NCBI GenBank assembly: GCA_965204745.1
Contig: OZ242010.1
Coordinates: 3,680,001 to 3,744,000 of the forward strand
Direction of reading: 5' to 3'
From: Candidatus Latescibacterota bacterium
Lineage (GTDB): Bacteria; Latescibacterota; UBA2968
Length of the DNA: 64,000 nt
Each line of letters starts with the position of its first letter. Position 1 is the first letter of the stretch. Made by a program: the position numbers and the translations under genes. Shown here piece after piece: positions 50,165 through 61,160 of the stretch. The notes below the pieces were generated by a model. That model was given only the letters and a program-made list of their open reading frames with translations, was not told where the DNA came from and did not search any database.

Positions 50165-50214
50165 ATGTTTTGCTTGCATGAGAACGAAATTTTGGTATTT
50201 TTAAGCACAGCAAA

Positions 50215-50291
50215 CGGGGCGTGGCTCAGCCCGGTAGAGCGCCTGCTTCGGGAGCAGGAGGCCGGAGGTTCAAATCCTCTCGCCCCGACCA
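50215..50291 (+). tRNA. tRNA-Pro (anticodon CGG)
   Basis: CGGGGCG acceptor stem, anticodon arm CCTGC-TTCGGGA-GCAGG, GGTTCAAATCC, encoded CCA. Confidence 0.96.
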
Positions 50292-50297
50292 CTCGGA

Positions 50298-50331
50298 ACA
50301 AGGGGTTATGTCGATTTGACGTAACCCCTTG
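50298..50331. terminator. Hairpin after the tRNA
   Basis: ACAAGGGGTTATGTC-GATTT-GACGTAACCCCTTGT. Confidence 0.6.
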
Positions 50332-50378
50332 TGTTATTATACGGAACCCGTGCGAATCGGATAACAAAGGAGCGCGTC

Positions 50379-51188
50379 ATGTCTGTGCTGACCGAGGACG
50401 AAATCCGCTTTTTCAAACGCGAGGGCTATTTGGTGAAAAAAGGTGCTCTCGATCCCGAATTGTGCGCCCGTGCGCGAGAACGCCTGTGGGACGATCCGCC
50501 GCCGAGCCTCGAGAAAGACGATCCCGATTCATGGGTCGGCCCCATCAAATCGGAAGAAGAATCGCTGGACAAAAGCAATTACAAGCGCGGCTATCGCTGG
50601 CAATACCGCAAGGTGGGCAAAGAGCCGTGGATGATCGAGTTGTTGGCGAAAAATCCAATCGTGTGGGGCGCGGCCGAACAGATGCTGGGTAAGGGCAATT
50701 TCCCCGAGCCCAAAGGCGTGCGCGGCATTTATTGCACCTTGCCTTATGGCGATGTTCCACGCACGCCGCGCCACTTGCACGTCGATGCCCACCCGTTCAA
50801 TTTTGCAGTCGTGGGATATATCGACCACGTCCCCAAAGACGGCGGCGGGTTCGCGGTTTGGCCGACGAGTCATCGCACGTTCTTTTTCGATTACCAGTCG
50901 CGCTACCGCAAGGAGCCGACCCCGCGGTTGGAGATTCACAAAGCACAATTTCAAGCCCGCGAGGAAAATTCATACCAAACGCATGGCGAACCCGGGGACA
51001 TCGTTTTTTGGCACCACCGCATCGGCCACATGGCGTCGCCCAATTATTCGCGGCAAATCCGCAAAGCCGTGCTGTACGATTTTGTGCTGAACGACATGCC
51101 CCGCCTTCAAGAAGAACCCCCGGGCGATGATATTTGGGTCGATTGGTCAGACGCGGTTAGAGATGTGCCGATTGGAGACGACGCGTGA
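50379..51188 (+). CDS. Phytanoyl-CoA dioxygenase (PhyH) family
   Basis: F.REGYLV, HVD, GDIVFWH..IGH, R.AV; SD AAGGAG. Confidence 0.85.
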   Translation: MSVLTEDEIRFFKREGYLVKKGALDPELCARARERLWDDPPPSLEKDDPDSWVGPIKSEEESLDKSNYKRGYRWQYRKVGKEPWMIELLAKNPIVWGAAEQMLGKGNFPEPKGVRGIYCTLPYGDVPRTPRHLHVDAHPFNFAVVGYIDHVPKDGGGFAVWPTSHRTFFFDYQSRYRKEPTPRLEIHKAQFQAREENSYQTHGEPGDIVFWHHRIGHMASPNYSRQIRKAVLYDFVLNDMPRLQEEPPGDDIWVDWSDAVRDVPIGDDA

Positions 51189-51280
51189 TGGATGTTCAAT
51201 TTTGGGCGATCATCTGGGTGGTCATCGTCGCCATCGTGCTCGGCGTGTTTTTGTATTACGTGGTCAAGTCGTATAAGTGA
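51188..51280 (+). CDS. 30-aa membrane peptide MDVQFWAIIWVVIVAIVLGVFLYYVVKSYK
   Basis: TGATG coupling to the upstream gene; single TM with basic C-terminus. Confidence 0.55.
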   Translation: MDVQFWAIIWVVIVAIVLGVFLYYVVKSYK

Positions 51281-51441
51281 GACGGGAGTTTAGCCACAAA
51301 AGGCACAAAAGGCACAAAAGGGGTACATGGCGATAGCCAGTTCAAAGGCGAGCAGTGCGTGTAGAGGCGATGCCCTCGTGCTCGCCCAAAGAGAGGCAGT
51401 AGTCAGTAGTCAGTAGTCAGTAGTCAGTTGTCAGTCCCCGC
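51276..51441. repeat. Composite repeat: (CACAAAAGG)3, REP at 51361-51387, 5 heptamers
   Basis: Inverted homolog of about 9965-10100. Confidence 0.85.
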
Positions 51442-51543
51442 CTTTGCCCTACCGCCATTCGTCAGAACGGACTAACAGCCGGTCAGCACCTGCTTTGACG
51501 AAATCAGTCCCCGTGCTCGCCCAAGATACAGGAGGAGAACACT

Positions 51544-52284
51544 ATGCAGAACCATCAGCAACACATTTTTGAACTCGACATCTACGGCTTTACCGTGGTT
51601 GAAAATGTTTTGACCACTGGCGAAGCCGATGAGATGCGCGAGGCATTGATCCGTTGCGAGCGGGAAGTCGGTACGGAGACCACGCATCGCGGAACCGCGC
51701 GTCACGTCGCCAATTTGCCGACCTTGGATCGCGTGTTTCACAAGACCATCGACCATGCGCGGATACTCCCATTGCTGGAACATTACCTCGGTAAATCGCT
51801 CATTCTCGGTAGCTTGAATGCCCGCATCGTGCGCCCGGGCGATCCAGACCAGGGGTTGCACAGCGACATCCCACAGGAAATGCTGAACGCCAATTCGCCG
51901 GTGATGATGAATACGGTTTGGATGCTCGACGATTTCTCGCCGACAAATGGCGGCACGCGCGTCGTGCCCGGCTCGCACAAAAGCGGATTGGCGACGCCGC
52001 CCGAGACCGCGTCCGTCAAGCATATCGCACAACCCGAAGCCCCCGCGGGTAGCGTCATCGTTTTCAATGGTCAAACCTGGCATGCCGGCGGCGCGAACAC
52101 GGGCACTGCCAATCGCCACGCCTTGTTCGGCCACTATCGCAAACGCATGTGCGTGTTTCAAGTCGATCCCCACGATGAGTTCCCACCCGAATGGTTTGAC
52201 GACCTGACAGACCGCCAAAAACAACTGATGAGAATGACCAAGGGCCTCAACACACGCCACGCCGCCGATTTTCATTTTCGATAG
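51544..52284 (+). CDS. Phytanoyl-CoA dioxygenase (PhyH) family
   Basis: LHSD, NGGTRVVPGSH, WHAGGAN..R. Confidence 0.9.
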   Translation: MQNHQQHIFELDIYGFTVVENVLTTGEADEMREALIRCEREVGTETTHRGTARHVANLPTLDRVFHKTIDHARILPLLEHYLGKSLILGSLNARIVRPGDPDQGLHSDIPQEMLNANSPVMMNTVWMLDDFSPTNGGTRVVPGSHKSGLATPPETASVKHIAQPEAPAGSVIVFNGQTWHAGGANTGTANRHALFGHYRKRMCVFQVDPHDEFPPEWFDDLTDRQKQLMRMTKGLNTRHAADFHFR

Positions 52285-52301
52285 TTGTACCCCGCCTGTG
52301 A

Positions 52302-53045
52302 CTAAACTTCCATTTCTCTCCTCACCCTTTCAATCATCACTTCGATAGCCGCGAGATGCGCTGCGACGCGCACCTGCATGGGCTGTGCGGTTGGGGTTTC
52401 GGTTGTGACGAGATGCCCGGTATAGCCGCGCTGGCACAGGGCGATGGGGATGCCCTCGCCGAGTTTTCGCCGCGACACATCCATGTTGGGATGGATCACG
52501 CCGTTGACCGCGAGTTCGCCTTCTATCTCGGCGTGGGGATTGATCGGGCAGACTCGGGCCACCTGCGCCACCATTTCTCGCCCAATGGGGTCGCGGTCTC
52601 GAAACTGCTCGTACAGATAAAACCCCTCGCTCTCCCAATCCTCGTGCAAATCGATCACGTCCTCGAAGACGCGGCCCGCGATAAAACGCTTCAAGATGTC
52701 GATTTCCGGGATGTCGTCTCGCAAAAATGCCCAGTTCACATCGACCTGCTGTGCGTTGAGGCGTGCATTGTGGATGTAGTTCCACGGGCACAAACACGGA
52801 ATGACGTCAAAACGCATCCCGTCTGCCCAGGCTTGCCACCCGCGTTCCAAAAACGCGAGCGCGGCTTCCACGCCAGCGGGTTCGTCGCCGTGTGTGCCCC
52901 CGTTGATGTACAGCGCGGGGGCGTCTTTCCTGCCCACAGACGCGCACAACACGGGCAACCCGTTGACCTCGCCCAATACGCGCACGTCAATGCCGGAGAT
53001 GGCATTGACGCGCTGGATGACCTCATTGTAATCGCGTTTTTCCAT
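52302..53045 (-). CDS. M14 metallopeptidase / succinylglutamate desuccinylase-like
   Basis: GTHGDEPAG, IDLHED, TETP. Confidence 0.85.
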   Translation of the reverse strand: MEKRDYNEVIQRVNAISGIDVRVLGEVNGLPVLCASVGRKDAPALYINGGTHGDEPAGVEAALAFLERGWQAWADGMRFDVIPCLCPWNYIHNARLNAQQVDVNWAFLRDDIPEIDILKRFIAGRVFEDVIDLHEDWESEGFYLYEQFRDRDPIGREMVAQVARVCPINPHAEIEGELAVNGVIHPNMDVSRRKLGEGIPIALCQRGYTGHLVTTETPTAQPMQVRVAAHLAAIEVMIERVRREMEV

Positions 53046-53992
53046 CACGCATTCCGAAGGGCGTCGATGACCTGTGCGTGAATTTCGCGGCTACTCGCCA
53101 CGACCCCGCGATTGTCTGCCATCTGCGCGGCAGATGCAAAGTCGAGGGGATTGCCAAACATGTCGCTCACGCGCCCGCCCGCCTCCTCTACGATGAGGGC
53201 GCCGGCGGCGTGATCCCAGATTCGCTCGCGGTAGTCCGGGTAGTTGGGCGATGGTAGCCGCAAGTACAATGCCGCGTCCCCGCGTGCCACTGCGCCGTAT
53301 TTGGCCTGACTGTCCATTCTGAGCGCGGGCGCGTCAATGCCGACAGCCTGTGCCACGGCCCGTTGTGCCGCGTGATCGCCGTGCGATGTCTCCACGCTTT
53401 CGGCAAATCGCCACGCGGGTTTTCCCATGTGAATGTCAACCGCGGCGCCACCCGCAAGGGGCATGGCCTGCGCGCCTTGTCCACGCACGGCTACGAATAG
53501 CACGCCGCGTTCTGTCCCATCTACGGGCAGTGCCGGGCACGCGAGCGCGGCGACTTTGACTGCGCCGCCATCGATGAAAGCCAGCGCGACCGCGTATTGC
53601 TCCCCGCGCAAAAAGCCCTTTGTGCCGTCGATGGGATCGAGGGTCCAAAACCGCTTTGCAACCTCGCCATTGCCCGCGTCTATCCACGCGCAAAGCATGG
53701 CTTCATCCGTGGGCGCGTACGCCCGAACAAAGTCGCACACGGTTTTTCGCATCGCCGCGCACTCGGCACCGCGAAGGGCCGCCGCATCTTCCTCCGCGAC
53801 AATCGGATCATTGGGAAAAGCCGCATTGACGCGCCGACACACGAGTGCCTGCGATCCAAAATCCGCGACGGTCACCGGGCTTCGATCCGCTTTCTCCAAC
53901 GCGGTGACACGCGACTGTTGCACATCGACGCACAACCGCGTCGCCTCGCGCACAGCCTCAACTGCGACCTCGCGCTCTCGATGGTATTTCAT
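53045..53992 (-). CDS. 3'(2'),5'-bisphosphate nucleotidase, HAL2/SAL1 type
   Basis: SPVTVADF, LDPIDGTKGFLRG, MDSQAKY, IWDHAAG. Confidence 0.9.
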   Translation of the reverse strand: MKYHREREVAVEAVREATRLCVDVQQSRVTALEKADRSPVTVADFGSQALVCRRVNAAFPNDPIVAEEDAAALRGAECAAMRKTVCDFVRAYAPTDEAMLCAWIDAGNGEVAKRFWTLDPIDGTKGFLRGEQYAVALAFIDGGAVKVAALACPALPVDGTERGVLFVAVRGQGAQAMPLAGGAAVDIHMGKPAWRFAESVETSHGDHAAQRAVAQAVGIDAPALRMDSQAKYGAVARGDAALYLRLPSPNYPDYRERIWDHAAGALIVEEAGGRVSDMFGNPLDFASAAQMADNRGVVASSREIHAQVIDALRNA

Positions 53993-54073
53993 ATAAAATC
54001 CTTTTTGATTGCGTTGACGCGATTCGCACCCGCATTGATCGATGAAAAACTAAATTATGTCCATAACGCCAAG

Positions 54074-54225
54074 ACTGAACTGACTACTACATTTGTCTTC
54101 GGGCGAGCACGGGGGCCTCGCCCCTACGACGGGGATTGGGTAGGGCGGGCTGACAACTGACAACTGACAACTGACAACTGACAACTGCATTTGTCATCGG
54201 GCGAGCACAGGGGCACCGCCCCTAC
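54074..54225. repeat. Two REPs (54101-54127, 54199-54225) flanking (CTGACAA)5
   Basis: CATTTGTC.TCGGGCGAGCAC.GGGGC..CGCCCCTACGA occurs twice. Confidence 0.85.
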
Positions 54226-54345
54226 GATCTCACGTCTCGGCTTTGGGCGGCAGTGCGGGGCGGCCTTCTCCCTTCTCCCCTCTCACTTCTTACCCCGGGC
54301 CGGGCGGCCAGGGGATAGGTCCCATTTCCCCCAAGGAGCGATCAG

Positions 54346-55284
54346 ATGTCAACGCATTTCTTCACGGGAACGCTCGAAAATTCACATGTTCACTTGGGAC
54401 TCACGCTCGGATCCGGGCAGGTGTTTCGGTGGGGGCGAGACGCGGATGGCTGGTGGAAAGGGATCGTGTATGGCGCGGTCGTGCATCTGGGGCAAGCGGC
54501 CGGTCAGATTGCGTATCGCGCATCGGCCAACGCGGTGCAGACCTATTGTGGCGAAATGGCGATAGACGCATTTTTGCGGTGGTACTTGCGCTTGGATCAC
54601 CTGCCCCGCATTCGCGTGCCGCGTGGAGACGCGCATTTGAGACGCGCTAGGGAGTTGTTGAGGGGATTGCAATTTGTTCGGCAAGACCCGTTTGAGTGCA
54701 TCATTTCCTACGTGCTCTCGGTGCAAGCGCACATGTCCCTGACCAAAAAGCGAATCGGCTTTGTTGCCAAAACCCTGGGCCAAAAGCGGATATTTGATGG
54801 CGAGACGTACTGGACATTCCCATCTCCCGACACACTCGCTAAATTGGATGGCGAATTTTACAGGCGTCACCGGTTTGGCTGGCGTTCAGAGCGCGTGGCA
54901 ACAACCGCGAGGTTTATCGCAAACGCGGTGCGCGATGATGCGGATCTCGAGACGTGGCGGACTGTCGCCGATGATTTGCACGCCCTGCCCGGCAGTGGGG
55001 TCGGCATCAAGGTCGCGCGGTGCATCGATCTGTTTTCGCTGGATCGACTCTCTGCCGTGCCCGTGGATACATGGGTGCGAAAATTTGCCCGCGAATGGTA
55101 TGGCGTCACCGGTTCAGACGCGAAGATATGCCGCTGGGCCGAGGCGCGATGGGGCAAGTGGGCGGGCTATTGCAACGAGTATTTGTTCGCGTATTACCGC
55201 GAATTGCACGGCCCCACCCTACACGACCGCGTCCTGTCTTTCGCCGAATCCGATGCCCCATCTGCTGTGATGCCGCATGAATGA
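54346..55284 (+). CDS. 8-oxoguanine DNA glycosylase (OGG family)
   Basis: TLGSGQVFRW, RQDPFECIIS, HhH GVGIKVA, AVPVDTWV. Confidence 0.88.
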   Translation: MSTHFFTGTLENSHVHLGLTLGSGQVFRWGRDADGWWKGIVYGAVVHLGQAAGQIAYRASANAVQTYCGEMAIDAFLRWYLRLDHLPRIRVPRGDAHLRRARELLRGLQFVRQDPFECIISYVLSVQAHMSLTKKRIGFVAKTLGQKRIFDGETYWTFPSPDTLAKLDGEFYRRHRFGWRSERVATTARFIANAVRDDADLETWRTVADDLHALPGSGVGIKVARCIDLFSLDRLSAVPVDTWVRKFAREWYGVTGSDAKICRWAEARWGKWAGYCNEYLFAYYRELHGPTLHDRVLSFAESDAPSAVMPHE

Positions 55285-55424
55285 ATCAGCCCATCAAAAA
55301 GCGATGGCACAGGCGGCGCGCTTTCCTCCAACCGCATCATCTCATCCCACGGCGTCCGCGCCATGCACTCGGCGAGAAATCCGCGCTTGTAAGCCACGAT
55401 TTTATCGAGAATTGTTTTTGCCAT
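55278..55424 (-). pseudogene. trpC: 5' fragment of indole-3-glycerol-phosphate synthase
   Basis: MAKTILDKIVAYKRGFLAE...APPVPSLFDGL matches the TrpC N-terminus; similarity stops before IAExKxxSPS, at the convergent ogg 3' end. Confidence 0.6.
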
Positions 55425-55474
55425 ATCGTCACGTCCGAATCTACGGAACGGGATATATACCAATTTGATTTTTA

Positions 55475-55918
55475 GTTGTGGTAACATTTTATTTTTTGAC
55501 GTTACGCACAGATTAGCAAGTGTTGCTTGCTCATTTAAGGCATTTCCTTTGATGGCTTAGGTTGCTCTGATGGCGTTGCGAGAGGGGACCTATCCCCCGG
55601 CCCCTTTCCTACGAGGAAAGGGGAGTAAAGTCCCTTTGATGGCTTCTATCTCTGGTTGCTCTGCTGGCGTTGCGCGAGGGCATAAAGCGATTAAAAGTCC
55701 CTCATCAATCCCCTCGCAAAACCGCTCACAGTTCCCCCTTCCTCGCAGGAAGAGATGTTATTCCCCCCTTCCTTGCAGGAAGGGGGGTTAGGGGGGTAGG
55801 TCCCGATAAGGAGCGACTGTTCCAGTTTCTCAAACCGAGAGCATATCTTGCGATAGGGCTTGATTTTCCCAATGAACCGCTCAATTCAGTTGCATGGCTC
55901 ATAAATGTCAACACAACC
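55475..55918. mobile_element. MITE family A, copy 4 (left TIR degenerate)
   Basis: Colinear with 550-1005; right end AAATGTCAACACAACC|TACTGACTA. Confidence 0.85.
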
Positions 55919-55935
55919 TACTGACTACTGACAAC

Positions 55936-56409
55936 TCACTCGATATCCGCCAACTTGCTTCTTTTCGTCGCCAAGACTTTTTCCATGTGGGCGATTTGCG
56001 CTTTGAGCAGATCGGGATTTTCCGGCGCGCCCATTTCTTCGGGAGGCGGTGGAATTTCAGCGGGCAGGTGGGCGTCTTCCCAATCGCCGTATCCGCCGTC
56101 CATCGAGATCACCTTCTCGTATCCCATGGCTTTCAAAGTCTCGCCGGCCAAAAGGGAGCGCACGCCGCCAGCGCAAATCACAATCACTTCCCGCGACTTG
56201 TCGGGCATGGTCGCTTCGGCTTGGCGTTCCAACTCCCCGCGCGGAATATGGACAGCGCCCTTTAAGTGCCCGCGCTCCCATTCATCCAGCCCGCGCACGT
56301 CGAGCAACACGGGATCGCGTCCCTGTTCCAAATGCTCGTGGACTTCCCGCACGGTCATTTCCGGAATGTTTTGCCGCGCCTCATCCAGCAAATTTTCACG
56401 CGATTTCAT
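55936..56409 (-). CDS. Rhodanese-domain sulfurtransferase
   Basis: LLDVR..EW..GHL.GA, active-site loop CAGGVRS, GGYGDW. Confidence 0.88.
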   Translation of the reverse strand: MKSRENLLDEARQNIPEMTVREVHEHLEQGRDPVLLDVRGLDEWERGHLKGAVHIPRGELERQAEATMPDKSREVIVICAGGVRSLLAGETLKAMGYEKVISMDGGYGDWEDAHLPAEIPPPPEEMGAPENPDLLKAQIAHMEKVLATKRSKLADIE

Positions 56410-56432
56410 AATGCACATCTCCTCATTGTCGT

Positions 56433-59400
56433 TCAAAGTCTCCCGTGGCAATGCTTGTACTTCTTGCCACTGCCGCACGGGCACGGTTCGTTTCGTCCCA
56501 CCTTTTTGCCCACGCGCACGGGTTGTCGTTTGGGCGCGTCGCCTTCTGAAGCATTGGCGGTCAATTCATCTGGTGTCGCGCCGGGTTCGGGCATGCCGGC
56601 AAAGCCCATCCCGGTTGCGTCGCGGTGTTCCAACGACAGGCGCACGGGTTGCCGCGTGCGCGATGATGCGGGGGTATCTTCGACGGAGATGCGGAAGAGC
56701 AAGCGCAGGGTCTCGCGGTTGATGTCTTCGAGCAGGGCGACGAACATCTCGTAGCCCTCGCGCTTGTATTCGATCAAGGGATTTTTTTGCCCGTAACCGC
56801 GCAGGCCAATGCCCTCTTTGAGATCGTCCATCTCGCGGAGGTGTTCTTTCCACTTCTCGTCGAAAACGCTCAAGTAAATCATGCGCTCGATCTGACGCAT
56901 GCGGCCTTCGCCGATCACCCTTTCGCGGCGGTCGTAGGCTTCGCGGATCCCGTGCAACACGCGGTCGTGCAACCCGGATTCGCGCAAGGTGGGCAACTCT
57001 TCGTCGGCGATCATCGGGGCTTGCAAAAACACATGGCGCAATTCGTCCAGCAAGCCATCGAAATTCCAATCTTCCGGATGCGCGTCTGCCGGGACGTGAA
57101 CCTCGAACAGCGCGTCAACCGTATCGTCGATCATCTCGCTGATCATCGCCGAAATATCTTCTTCCTCCAAGGCGTGCCTGCGCCTGTCGTAAATCACTTC
57201 GCGCTGTTGGTTCATCACGTCGTCGTAATCGAGCACCTGCTTGCGAAATTCAAAATTGCGCGCTTCCACGCGCTTTTGCGCGGTTTCGATAGACTTCGTC
57301 ACCCACCCGTGTTCGATCACCTCGCCCTCTTCGGCGCCCAAGCGGTCCATGACGCGGGCAATGCGCTCAGACCCGAACAAGCGCATCAAATCGTCTTCCA
57401 AGGAAATGAAAAACCGCGAACTGCCCGGATCGCCCTGCCGCCCTGCCCTGCCGCGCAACTGCCGGTCGATGCGCCGCGATTCGTGTCGCTCCGTGCCGAT
57501 GATGTTCAACCCGCACGGGACGTCATCCCGGCACCCGTATTCGTCGAGGTGCGGGCACGGGGGTTGGGCGTGGTTTGGACTGGCGATCAACGCGCACTGA
57601 TGCTCTTCTGGGGCTTTGACCACGCCCTCGCCGAGTTTGATGTCCGTGCCGCGCCCGGCCATGTTGGTGGCGATAGTCACCGCGCCCGGTTGTCCGGCCT
57701 GCGCGATGATCTGCGCTTCTTGCGCGTTTTGCCGCGCATTGAGCACTTGGTGTTTGATCTTCCTGCGCGAGAGCATCCGCGAAATGAGTTCGGATGTCTC
57801 GACGGAAATCGTGCCCACCAAAACCGGCAACTTTTGTTCATTTAAGCGCGTAATCTCGTCGATCACGGCATTGTACTTTTCGCGTTTCGTGCGGTAGATC
57901 CAATCGTTGGAATCGATGCGGCGCACCGGCTCGTGCGTCGGAATCGCCACCACGTCGAGTTTGTAAATTTGGTGAAATTCTTCGGACTCCGTCTCGGCGG
58001 TGCCGGTCATGCCCGCCAATCGGTCGTAGAGCCTGAAGTAATTCTGCAACGTGATGGTCGCCACGGTTTGCGTGTCGCGCTCCACCTTGACCTTTTCCTT
58101 GGCTTCGAGGGCCTGATGCAACCCATCGGCAAACCTGCGCCCAGGCTGGGGCCGTCCGGTAAATTCATCCACGATAACGACCTTGCCATCGTCGATCATG
58201 TATTGCACGTCTTTTTCGTACAGGGTGTAGGCTTGCAACAATTTTCGCACGCTGTGGATGGCCTCGTTCTTCTCGCCGTAATCCCGGTACGCGTCTTCTT
58301 GTGCGGCGTCTCTTTCCGCGTCTGACAAGGCGGTGTTTTGTTGGATGTCTCGTAGCACTTCGTCGAGATCTGGTAGCACGAAATCGTCTGGCTCGCGGCT
58401 GATTTCATCGCGGCCGTTTTCTGTCAGGTCGATGATGTGGCTCTTTTCGTCGATGCTAAAATACAGGTCTTCGTCCAATTCCCCGGTGCGCTTGTCGCGG
58501 ATGTAATCGGCCTCCACGCGCTGTACCAAGCGTTTGACGCCCTCTTCCTGAAGCCGCTTCATGAAGCGTCTGTTCTTGGGCATGCCGCGTTGCACCTGCA
58601 ACAGCAAAATGCCGCCTTCGTACTCGTCGCCCGACTCGAGTTCTTCTTCTGCGCGCTTCAAAATGTCATTGACCACTCGGGTTTGTGCGCGCACCAATTT
58701 TTCGACCAGCGGTCGCATGTCTTCGTACCGATGCGATGTGGATTCCGGCACGGGACCGGAAATGATCAACGGGGTGCGCGCCTCGTCGATCAAAATGCTA
58801 TCCACCTCGTCGATAATCGCAAAATAGTGCTCGCGCTGGATCAAATCGTCTGGATGAGTCGCCATGTTGTCGTACAAATAATCAAACCCAAACTGGTCCT
58901 TCGTGCCATAGACGATATCCATCTGACACGCCTCTTTGTGGTCGCACGCACGCATGCGGTAGCCATCCACCCCGTCCTCTTCCATGATAAACCCCTCCAC
59001 GCCCAAGGCGCGGTCCTGAATCACGCCGACCGCGAGGCCGAGGAACAAATACACCGGCCCCAGCCACATGGCGTCGCGCTTTGCCAGATAGGAATTGACC
59101 GTGACCAGATGCACGCCGCGGCCGAGCAACCCGTTCAAGTACAACGCCAAGCCCGCGGCCAGGGTTTTGCCCTCGCCCGTGGCCATCTCGGCGATCTTGC
59201 CCTGGTGCAACACGGTCGCGCCGATCAACTGCACGTCGTAGGGGATCTCGTGCCACACAATTTGATCGCCAGCCCGATCCCAAGACTTGCCCCGTTCCTT
59301 AAACCGGCGGCACGTTTCCTTAAAAACCGCAAACGCTTGGGGGTGAATCTCATCGAGCGCCTCGCGCTCGATCTCCTTGATTTCGGCTTCGGCTTCGGCA

Positions 59401-59660
59401 ATGGCCTCCAACTGCTCGGTTCGGTCTTCGTCTCGTTGCAGCGCGGCCAATTCCTCCTTGAGATCGGTCAAATGCGCGCGCGCCTCGGCAGTGGCTTCGG
59501 CAATGCGCGTGCGAAACGCCGTCGTCTTCTCTTTCAATGCCTCGTCAGCCAAGAAGGCGTATTCTTCGTAGTACTGGTTGATTTCATCCACAACCGGTTG
59601 CATCTTTTTGACGTCGCGGTCATGTTTGTTGCCGAAAATTTTTGTGAGAAAATTCATCAT
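56433..59660 (-). CDS. secA: Preprotein translocase subunit SecA
   Basis: [46 protein letters not shown] motif. Confidence 0.98.
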   Translation of the reverse strand: MMNFLTKIFGNKHDRDVKKMQPVVDEINQYYEEYAFLADEALKEKTTAFRTRIAEATAEARAHLTDLKEELAALQRDEDRTEQLEAIAEAEAEIKEIEREALDEIHPQAFAVFKETCRRFKERGKSWDRAGDQIVWHEIPYDVQLIGATVLHQGKIAEMATGEGKTLAAGLALYLNGLLGRGVHLVTVNSYLAKRDAMWLGPVYLFLGLAVGVIQDRALGVEGFIMEEDGVDGYRMRACDHKEACQMDIVYGTKDQFGFDYLYDNMATHPDDLIQREHYFAIIDEVDSILIDEARTPLIISGPVPESTSHRYEDMRPLVEKLVRAQTRVVNDILKRAEEELESGDEYEGGILLLQVQRGMPKNRRFMKRLQEEGVKRLVQRVEADYIRDKRTGELDEDLYFSIDEKSHIIDLTENGRDEISREPDDFVLPDLDEVLRDIQQNTALSDAERDAAQEDAYRDYGEKNEAIHSVRKLLQAYTLYEKDVQYMIDDGKVVIVDEFTGRPQPGRRFADGLHQALEAKEKVKVERDTQTVATITLQNYFRLYDRLAGMTGTAETESEEFHQIYKLDVVAIPTHEPVRRIDSNDWIYRTKREKYNAVIDEITRLNEQKLPVLVGTISVETSELISRMLSRRKIKHQVLNARQNAQEAQIIAQAGQPGAVTIATNMAGRGTDIKLGEGVVKAPEEHQCALIASPNHAQPPCPHLDEYGCRDDVPCGLNIIGTERHESRRIDRQLRGRAGRQGDPGSSRFFISLEDDLMRLFGSERIARVMDRLGAEEGEVIEHGWVTKSIETAQKRVEARNFEFRKQVLDYDDVMNQQREVIYDRRRHALEEEDISAMISEMIDDTVDALFEVHVPADAHPEDWNFDGLLDELRHVFLQAPMIADEELPTLRESGLHDRVLHGIREAYDRRERVIGEGRMRQIERMIYLSVFDEKWKEHLREMDDLKEGIGLRGYGQKNPLIEYKREGYEMFVALLEDINRETLRLLFRISVEDTPASSRTRQPVRLSLEHRDATGMGFAGMPEPGATPDELTANASEGDAPKRQPVRVGKKVGRNEPCPCGSGKKYKHCHGRL

Positions 59661-59821
59661 CGCAATTCATCCTGATGGGATTGGTTTAGGAGTTGGAGAA
59701 TGGGGGTAAGGGCAAGGTGGACTGATAGTCAGTGGTCAGCCCCCACCTGACCCTACCGCCCAAGTAGTCAGTGGTCAGTCCCCGCCCGCTCCCCACCGCT
59801 ATGTTCGTTAGAATTAGTCAA

Positions 59822-59996
59822 CTGACCACTGACCACTGACCACTGACCACTGACCACTGACCACTGACCACTGACCACTGACCACTGACCACTGACCACT
59901 GACCACTGACCACTGACCACTGACCACTGACCACTGACCACTGACCACTGACCACTGACCACTGACCACTGACCACTGACCACTGACCACTGACAA
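59822..59996. repeat. Heptamer array (CTGACCA)24 CTGACAA
   Basis: Counted directly; inverted short units at 59726-59739 and 59765-59778. Confidence 0.97.
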
Positions 59997-60001
59997 CGCC
60001 C

Positions 60002-60736
60002 TCACATCCCCACTTCGATGCGCTCGGCCAAAATGGGCGGGAGCCCTGCGGCCAAAATTTTGGCTTGGGCCGTTGCCACATCGTAAGACACGCGGTGCAA
60101 CTCGAGGTTCCCATTTTCCCTGTCCCATACCGCAAAGGCCGCGCGCGCATCGCCATCGCGGGGTTGCCCAACGCTGCCCACATTGACGAGATACCGGTCA
60201 TCGGCGGTCAATTGTACTGTTCCCTCGCGCAGCAGCGTGATTTTTCGAGACGCAGAACACACAAAGGCGCGGTGGGAATGCCCGACAAAACACATTTCAA
60301 AATCCGTGTACGCCAGCGCGTAAGAGCCTTCGTCCGGATCGAACAAATAGTTCCACTCGGCGGGGTTGAGGGGCGTGGCGTGGGCATAACAGCAACCGCC
60401 TTCCCGGCGGGCGGGTTTGTAAGCGCGCAACGCCGCGGCGTTGTCTTCGCTTATCACCCGAGCGGTCCACTCGACAGCCTCCCGCGCAACCGGATTGAAA
60501 TACTCCAGATCCTCCAAGCCGACGACCGCCCAATCGTGATTGCCCGCCAAGACAAAGTCAGCCACTTCGCGCACGCCTTGAAGGCAGTCATTGGGGTCCG
60601 CGCCGTACCCGACCACATCGCCCAAGCAAATCACCCGATCCACATTCGCTTCTGCGATTTTTGCCAGCACGGTTTGCAGGGCTTCTAGGTTTCCGTGGAC
60701 ATCGGAAAAAATCGCGATGCGTCCAAAATTACCCAT
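60002..60736 (-). CDS. Metallophosphoesterase
   Basis: SDVHGN, GDVVGYG, GNHD, GHSH, NVGSVGQPRD. Confidence 0.9.
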   Translation of the reverse strand: MGNFGRIAIFSDVHGNLEALQTVLAKIAEANVDRVICLGDVVGYGADPNDCLQGVREVADFVLAGNHDWAVVGLEDLEYFNPVAREAVEWTARVISEDNAAALRAYKPARREGGCCYAHATPLNPAEWNYLFDPDEGSYALAYTDFEMCFVGHSHRAFVCSASRKITLLREGTVQLTADDRYLVNVGSVGQPRDGDARAAFAVWDRENGNLELHRVSYDVATAQAKILAAGLPPILAERIEVGM

Positions 60737-61160
60737 TGGATTGCTCCGCGGGCACCAGATGCTCTTTGGACAGGGCATCTAAAATACCATTGATAAAGCC
60801 GGCCGCTTTGGCCTCGCTAAACCGCTTGGCGAGTTCTATGGCCTCGTCGATGGAGACTTTGTGGGGAATATCTTTGAAATAGCGCATTTCAGCGAGGGCG
60901 ATCCAAAGCACGATGCGGTCGATGCGCGAGACCCGATCCAAGGCCCAATTCTCCAACACGGGGGCGATAGATGCGTCAAATTCCTCGCGGTGCGCCCAAG
61001 TGGTTTCGGCCAGCGTCACCGCAAAATCCGACGAGGAGGTCGCAAGGCCGCTGCGGATGCACATGGTATGCGCGGTCTGCCGCACGGGATCGCCCGCGCT
61101 CGCGGTCCAATACAATGCCTGCAAGGCGGCCTGACGCGCTTTGCGCCGGGAGTTGATCAT
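60729..61160 (-). CDS. nusB: Transcription antitermination factor NusB
   Basis: [31 protein letters not shown]. Confidence 0.93.
   Translation of the reverse strand: MINSRRKARQAALQALYWTASAGDPVRQTAHTMCIRSGLATSSSDFAVTLAETTWAHREEFDASIAPVLENWALDRVSRIDRIVLWIALAEMRYFKDIPHKVSIDEAIELAKRFSEAKAAGFINGILDALSKEHLVPAEQSNG

Noticed and set aside
50215-50340. tRNA-Pro as an island integration site
   Set aside because: No integrase and no duplicated tRNA 3' end seen in the window.
53045-53992. Eukaryote-derived HAL2-like gene as a novel transfer
   Set aside because: HAL2-type nucleotidases are known in several bacterial phyla, and the composition matches the neighbouring genes.
59991-60000. ACAACGCC at the array end resembling the IS903-like terminus
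   Set aside because: Only 8 bp, partly supplied by the heptamer; likely chance.
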